A stretch of 64,000 nt of DNA from Candidatus Latescibacterota bacterium (GTDB taxonomy: Bacteria > Latescibacterota > CBDEFO01): assembly GCA_965248755.1 (NCBI GenBank), contig OZ252149.1:3200001-3264000 (forward strand), written 5' to 3'. The first letter of the stretch is position 1. Every line of letters starts with the position of its first letter. A program made the position numbers and the translations under genes. This document shows, piece after piece, positions 59,370 to 64,000 of the stretch. The notes under the pieces were generated by a model. That model was not told the DNA's origin and made no database searches. It was given only the letters and a program-made list of their open reading frames with translations.

Positions 59370-59501
59370 ACTTAATCCCCCTTTCTTTCCCGGCAAAGTT
59401 GGAAAAATTCAGCGATCTTCCTGTTCCTTGGGCCAATCGGTTTCACAAGTGTGAATGATCCCCGCTCCCCGATTGAATCTATCGGGGATTCATGCCAGGT
59501 T

Positions 59502-60305
59502 TTAGTTGCCTTTCCCTTTCTGTTGAAAGCTTCTCAGGGTTTCACTCAGGATCCTGCGTTTGATGTTGACATCCACACCCACGAAAAAGACCCGTACACC
59601 CAGATCGTGGTAAAACTCCGCCTGCTCAGGGCTGGATAGAGTCATGGTCGTAATTTTTCCTGCACCCGAAGCTGCGCTGATCACGCGCTCTATCCTGGGA
59701 GCCAGATATGCCTCTGCTTCGTCTCCGAAGATCCCAAGGCTGGCCGACCAGTCATTGGGTCCCACGGAAATCATATCTACTTCCTCGACAGCGAGGATTG
59801 CGTTGAGTGCTTCGTACCCCTCATCGCTTTCGACCATCGCCATCAGGTGTGTCGCTTCGTTTACCTGCCGCAGGGCTTGCTGGGGATTCTCATCGAGTGT
59901 AAACCCAATGCCAGCGCTGGAGCTGGAGATTCCGCGTGCGCCCACTGGCGGATACTTGCCTAGGTGAGCAAAATGTATGGCCTGTTGGACATCCCTCACA
60001 TCGGGCAGGGAAAGGATCTGAATCCCGCCGTCCAGCAGAATCTGTACATGGGTGCGCGACAGTTCAGGTATGCGCACCAGCGAGACCATACCCAGGTGGG
60101 CGATCGAGCGACCCAGTCGAATCGCTTCAACCGCCGGTTGTGGACTATGTTCCAGGTCGAGCCAGATGATGTGGTAGCCCACCTGGGCCATTAGTTCGAT
60201 GTCAGTGAGGGTGGCGTCGCGGCAGATCACGCCGTATAGCCGCTCGTGCTGGCTTAGAAGTTGACCAAGTCGATCAATCACAAGAATCAGGCGCAGAACT
60301 CCCAA
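59502..60305 (-). CDS. HpcH/HpaI aldolase family protein; start uncertain
   Basis: LDLEH, KYPPVGARG, MVES and VGPND motifs. Confidence 0.85.
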   Translation of the reverse strand: MGVLRLILVIDRLGQLLSQHERLYGVICRDATLTDIELMAQVGYHIIWLDLEHSPQPAVEAIRLGRSIAHLGMVSLVRIPELSRTHVQILLDGGIQILSLPDVRDVQQAIHFAHLGKYPPVGARGISSSSAGIGFTLDENPQQALRQVNEATHLMAMVESDEGYEALNAILAVEEVDMISVGPNDWSASLGIFGDEAEAYLAPRIERVISAASGAGKITTMTLSSPEQAEFYHDLGVRVFFVGVDVNIKRRILSETLRSFQQKGKGN

Positions 60306-60582
60306 CCCTGGGAGAAATGCGCCCTCTCTCCTATCTATTTAAGTGCAGACCGAAAATCTCCCACTACAATCACGTAGCTTCTGGTGTAAGACACACCTGA
60401 GACAGAAGGATTCCTTCTAGCCGTAGGTCATAGTGAGCTGGTCTGTCTCTTCATTTAACTTGGATGCAATCTCAACAGCATATAGCTTTCAGTGTCTGTT
60501 TTGATTTTGCCAGAGTTATTTTTTTCTGGTATGTTTTCTGGGATCTTATCTGGCTCTTCACGCATGGGCAAGCTATGTATTA

Positions 60583-60984
60583 TCATTCCTCATCAGGTGT
60601 AAGATGCTGATACAGATCGTGGATAAGCTGATCGAATTCGCCCGTCTGGCTTTCCTCCCAGAGCCGGGCTAATGTCTCTGTTTCGCTCATGTCCATTCCC
60701 ACAGACGGATGAAAGGGGTCGCCCATAGTCGGTTCAGCTAAGTCATCCGCAAATGCCTCGTCCAGCAGCTTCTCATCTTCGGGCGATAACCTCCTTATTT
60801 CGACTCCTTCGTCATCTTGGGCATCGTACTTCCAATGCACAGCGTAAAGCCCTGGCCCCGCCTCCTCAAAATCGATGGTTATCTTCTCATCCCACGCGGC
60901 GACCGCAAAAAATCTCTTCTTGATGCGCTCTGGCAACTTTTCCACGTTCAGATACGATTTTATGGTGATTTCGTATAGATCCAT
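60583..60984 (-). CDS. acidic hypothetical protein
   Basis: 133-aa ORF. Confidence 0.55.
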   Translation of the reverse strand: MDLYEITIKSYLNVEKLPERIKKRFFAVAAWDEKITIDFEEAGPGLYAVHWKYDAQDDEGVEIRRLSPEDEKLLDEAFADDLAEPTMGDPFHPSVGMDMSETETLARLWEESQTGEFDQLIHDLYQHLTPDEE

Positions 60985-61028
60985 ATTCAGTAAGTAGATG
61001 GCAGACAGGGTACCTCACTTAGAAGGAA

Positions 61029-61095
61029 TTGTCAGACAGGAATGTCTGACCCACCTTTTTATATATGTTGGTAGAACAGACATTCTTGTCTGTTC
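61029..61095. repeat. 67-bp REP-doublet (inverted copy of 55707-55773)
   Basis: Direct sequence comparison. Confidence 0.9.
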
Positions 61096-61329
61096 TTATC
61101 TGTTCTATTTGGATCTCTATAATCCTATTTTGACCCTATACTTCACACTCACTTCAAGAACTAAACATAACTCTACAGATGGGAAAATCCAAATATAAAA
61201 TTGCATTCCTCAATTTTCAGTTGACTTTGCTTCGAGCGTTTCTTAAATTCTTCGAGAACCGAGAAGAGAGAGGACTTACGTTCTTTTCTAATGCTATCAA
61301 TCTTTGAGGAAAGAGAGGAGGACATAGAA

Positions 61330-62127
61330 ATGTCCGCAGAAAAAAAGAGGATAGGCATAATTGGATATGGACAGATCGGCTCCTACGTTTACGAACAGAT
61401 CACCCAAAGACCGGAAATGGGGCTTGAGATAGCATTTGTCTATAACCGATCTCCCGAACGAGTCAAAAATCTTCCTGATGAGGTCATCTTGGATGAGCTG
61501 GAAGATTTTGAAAAGACCAATCCCGATCTGGTTGTGGAGTTGGCACACTCTGACATCACCAGAGAATACGGCCAGATGATATTAGAGAGCACAGATTACT
61601 TAATACTCTCTGTAACAGTTATGGCTGACAGAGAACTTGAGGAGCATCTTCTTAAAGTATGCCAGAAAAATGGCACTTGCCTTTACATTCCACACGGAGG
61701 AGTAATCGGATTAGATACGATAAATGAAGGGCGAGAGGTGTGGGATGAAGTCAGGGGACTGATGAGGAAGAACCCCAAAAATCTGGACTTCAGCAGAACT
61801 GATATTGACTCCGATAGCATTACATCAACGACAGTCTTATACGAGGGTCCCGTAAGGGATATATGTCCCAAGTTTCCCAGAAATGTGAACACTCTGGCTG
61901 CGCTTGCGTTGGGAGGGATAGGATTCGATCGGACGCAGGCGACCTTGATCGCAGATCCTTCTCTGGACGTGGCCATCGTCGAGGTGTACGCTTACAGCGA
62001 TGAGGTCAAGTGCGAGATAAAGCGGATAGAGCCGATCAAGGGTGTCACCGGAACGTTCATATTGACTTCTACTTTGCAGACGATAAAAAGGGTCGAGGTG
62101 GCAAAAAGCGGTATTCAGATCTGTTAG
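61330..62127 (+). CDS. aspartate dehydrogenase-like protein (NadX/DUF108)
   Basis: IIGYGQIG, VVELA, GLD, RKNP and FPRNVN motifs. Confidence 0.8.
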   Translation: MSAEKKRIGIIGYGQIGSYVYEQITQRPEMGLEIAFVYNRSPERVKNLPDEVILDELEDFEKTNPDLVVELAHSDITREYGQMILESTDYLILSVTVMADRELEEHLLKVCQKNGTCLYIPHGGVIGLDTINEGREVWDEVRGLMRKNPKNLDFSRTDIDSDSITSTTVLYEGPVRDICPKFPRNVNTLAALALGGIGFDRTQATLIADPSLDVAIVEVYAYSDEVKCEIKRIEPIKGVTGTFILTSTLQTIKRVEVAKSGIQIC

Positions 62128-63677
62128 AGGACCGGTCCGAGTATCCACGGGTTGAATTCCTCTTCACCGACTCCGTTTAGTTCGCTCTTGGTCCTCTTGC
62201 CTGATGCGACTTCTATTATCTCGTTGAGTATTATATGTCCTGCGTCTCGAACGTTCACTCCTTCGAGTACAACTCCGGCGTTTATGTCCATATCGTCTAT
62301 CATGTGATTATAGAGTCTTGAGTTGGTTGCTATCTTAATGGACGGTGAGGGTTTAAACCCAAAGACAGAGCCTCTTCCCGTCGTAAAGGTCACTATGTTA
62401 GCGCCTCCTGCTACCATCCCTGTGACAGAGACAGGATCGAAGCCGGGGGTATCCATTACGACGAAGCCTTTCTGTGTGACCTGCTCAGCGTAGAGGTAAA
62501 CTGCGTTCAGAGGAGTGGTGCCGCCCTTTGCTATGGCTCCGAGAGATTTTTCGTAGATAGTGGTGATCCCGCCTTCTTTATTTCCCGGTGCGGGGTTGTT
62601 GTTGATCTCCGCTCCGAGGATTGACGTGTAATGCTCCCACCATTTGATCCTTTCGACGAGCTTCCTGCCGACCTTTTCGTTTCTTGCCCTCTTGATCAGC
62701 AGGTGTTCTGCGCCGTATATCTCCGGCGTTTCTGCAAGAATGACTGTGCCTCTGTATCTTACCAGTTCGTCCGCTGCAGCGCCTAAGGCTGGATTTGCGG
62801 TGATGCCGGAGTAGGCGTCGCTCCCACCGCACTCAGTGGCGAGCACGAGTTTGGATATAGGCTGCTCTGTTCTTCTTGCGCGGTCGGCTTCGGGAAGGAG
62901 TTCAAGTATGGCTTTACTTGCGTTTTCGATAGTCTTTCTAATTCCTCCGCTCTCCTGAATTGTGATGATTTTGGGGTATCGCTTTTGGGGAGACTCTATC
63001 TGTAAGAGTCCCTGGGATTCTACGAGGTCTTTTGCCTGGTTCGATTCGCACCCGAGCCCGACTATTATATAGCCTGCGACGTTAGGATGTCTGGCAAATC
63101 CGGCAAGTGTCCTTTGAAGCTGTTGATGATCCTCGCCGCCGATTTTCAATGCACAGCCGTTTTTGTGCGTGATGGGTATCACGCCGTCCACGTTCGGATA
63201 GTCTTTCAGTATTTCGTCCGTAAAGCGGTCACAGATGTAGCGGGATGTAGAGCTTGAACAGTTGACTGTAGAGGTGACCGCGAGGTAGTTTCTGGTTCCG
63301 ACCTTTCCGTCCTCCCTTTTGTAGCCCATGAAGGTCCTCATGTCCTCTTGTGGATAGAAGTCATCGGGAGCGATCTCTGTGGCGTATTCGTAGGATTGGT
63401 CAAGCTCCTGGACTTCCAGGTTGTGAGTGTGGACGTGGTCGCCTCTATAGATGCTCTCTGTTGCAAATCCTATTATCTGTCCGTACTTCCTGACCGGGCT
63501 GCCTCTGGAGATATCGCTAAGGGCTACCTTGTGTCCGGGCAAAATGTTGACTTTGGGGACGATATTTTTTCCGTCGTATTTAAGCGTCGCTTCAGGGGTG
63601 ATGAGTTCTTTTGCGACAGCTACGTCGTCTCCCTCTTTAAGGATAATGGCTTTTTCTATAAGATCGTAGGACGACAT
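62124..63677 (-). CDS. uxaA: altronate/galactarate dehydratase family protein
   Basis: SAF domain; GTRNY, GLGCE, CGGSD, PGNKEGG and FTTGRG motifs. Confidence 0.88.
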   Translation of the reverse strand: MSSYDLIEKAIILKEGDDVAVAKELITPEATLKYDGKNIVPKVNILPGHKVALSDISRGSPVRKYGQIIGFATESIYRGDHVHTHNLEVQELDQSYEYATEIAPDDFYPQEDMRTFMGYKREDGKVGTRNYLAVTSTVNCSSSTSRYICDRFTDEILKDYPNVDGVIPITHKNGCALKIGGEDHQQLQRTLAGFARHPNVAGYIIVGLGCESNQAKDLVESQGLLQIESPQKRYPKIITIQESGGIRKTIENASKAILELLPEADRARRTEQPISKLVLATECGGSDAYSGITANPALGAAADELVRYRGTVILAETPEIYGAEHLLIKRARNEKVGRKLVERIKWWEHYTSILGAEINNNPAPGNKEGGITTIYEKSLGAIAKGGTTPLNAVYLYAEQVTQKGFVVMDTPGFDPVSVTGMVAGGANIVTFTTGRGSVFGFKPSPSIKIATNSRLYNHMIDDMDINAGVVLEGVNVRDAGHIILNEIIEVASGKRTKSELNGVGEEEFNPWILGPVL

Positions 63678-63719
63678 TCTTTTTATTCTCCTTATGTCAA
63701 TCTATTGACAGATGTCTAA

Positions 63720-64000
63720 TTACCAACGAATATTCTTAATGGCGTCTCGGGACTGATTTATATAAAGCCACCATTTATCCAGCCAAGGTGGATGTATCCC
63801 CTTGGCATGAGCGGATTCAACCAAGATTGCACGGATGCTTCTTAATTCATGGCTGATCGGATTATCGGATTCCGGCCCTTTGAAACGAAGATTGTCGGCT
63901 GCAAGGAGATCTAGGATCGTTTCAATTCTAGGAGCTAAGAGACTTCCTGTCGGCGTCTGCACAGCCGCATAATGCAGCCACTTCGCATTGGGATAGGGCT
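63720..64000 (-). CDS. 3' end of a hypothetical protein (possibly DUF4037-like)
   Basis: Frame open to the window edge: PYPNAKWL.. Confidence 0.45.
   Translation of the reverse strand, partial: PYPNAKWLHYAAVQTPTGSLLAPRIETILDLLAADNLRFKGPESDNPISHELRSIRAILVESAHAKGIHPPWLDKWWLYINQSRDAIKNIRW

Overview
64-kb chromosomal window from a diderm bacterium (heptosyltransferase, Tat substrate and beta-barrel-like gene present). A C-terminal dockerin-like domain, an ECF-ankyrin fusion and sialidases suggest a Latescibacterota/FCB-like uncultured lineage; this is inference only. Intact housekeeping genes (fhs, folD, gcvPA/PB, glgA, msrP, pheA, queA, lipB, dapF, lysA, apt, acyP, uxaA) alternate with about 10 decayed accessory genes, an RHH/MazF toxin-antitoxin pair and IS elements (ISL3 remnant, IS3, IS1380). 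Main results: (1) dinB is split by a 4258-bp IS1380 transposition unit flanked by a TCAAT duplication. The unit appears to have grown by two successive ISEcp1-like one-ended captures, both ending at TGTGGG. It carries an intact queA and an in-frame signal-peptide/RarA chimera. (2) There is a layered set of tiny repeats: a 21-23-bp hairpin (about 17 loci, self-nesting, TAG duplication at three sites) whose arm matches the terminal inverted repeat (TIR) of a MITE that inserts at TTAG/TTAA sites, plus REP-like, RPE-like and heptamer-scaffold repeats, some inside ORFs. (3) There is a candidate pseudoknotted RNA upstream of apt, and a 45-bp promoter/operator motif shared by two orphan genes. No rRNA, tRNA or CRISPR array was recognised.
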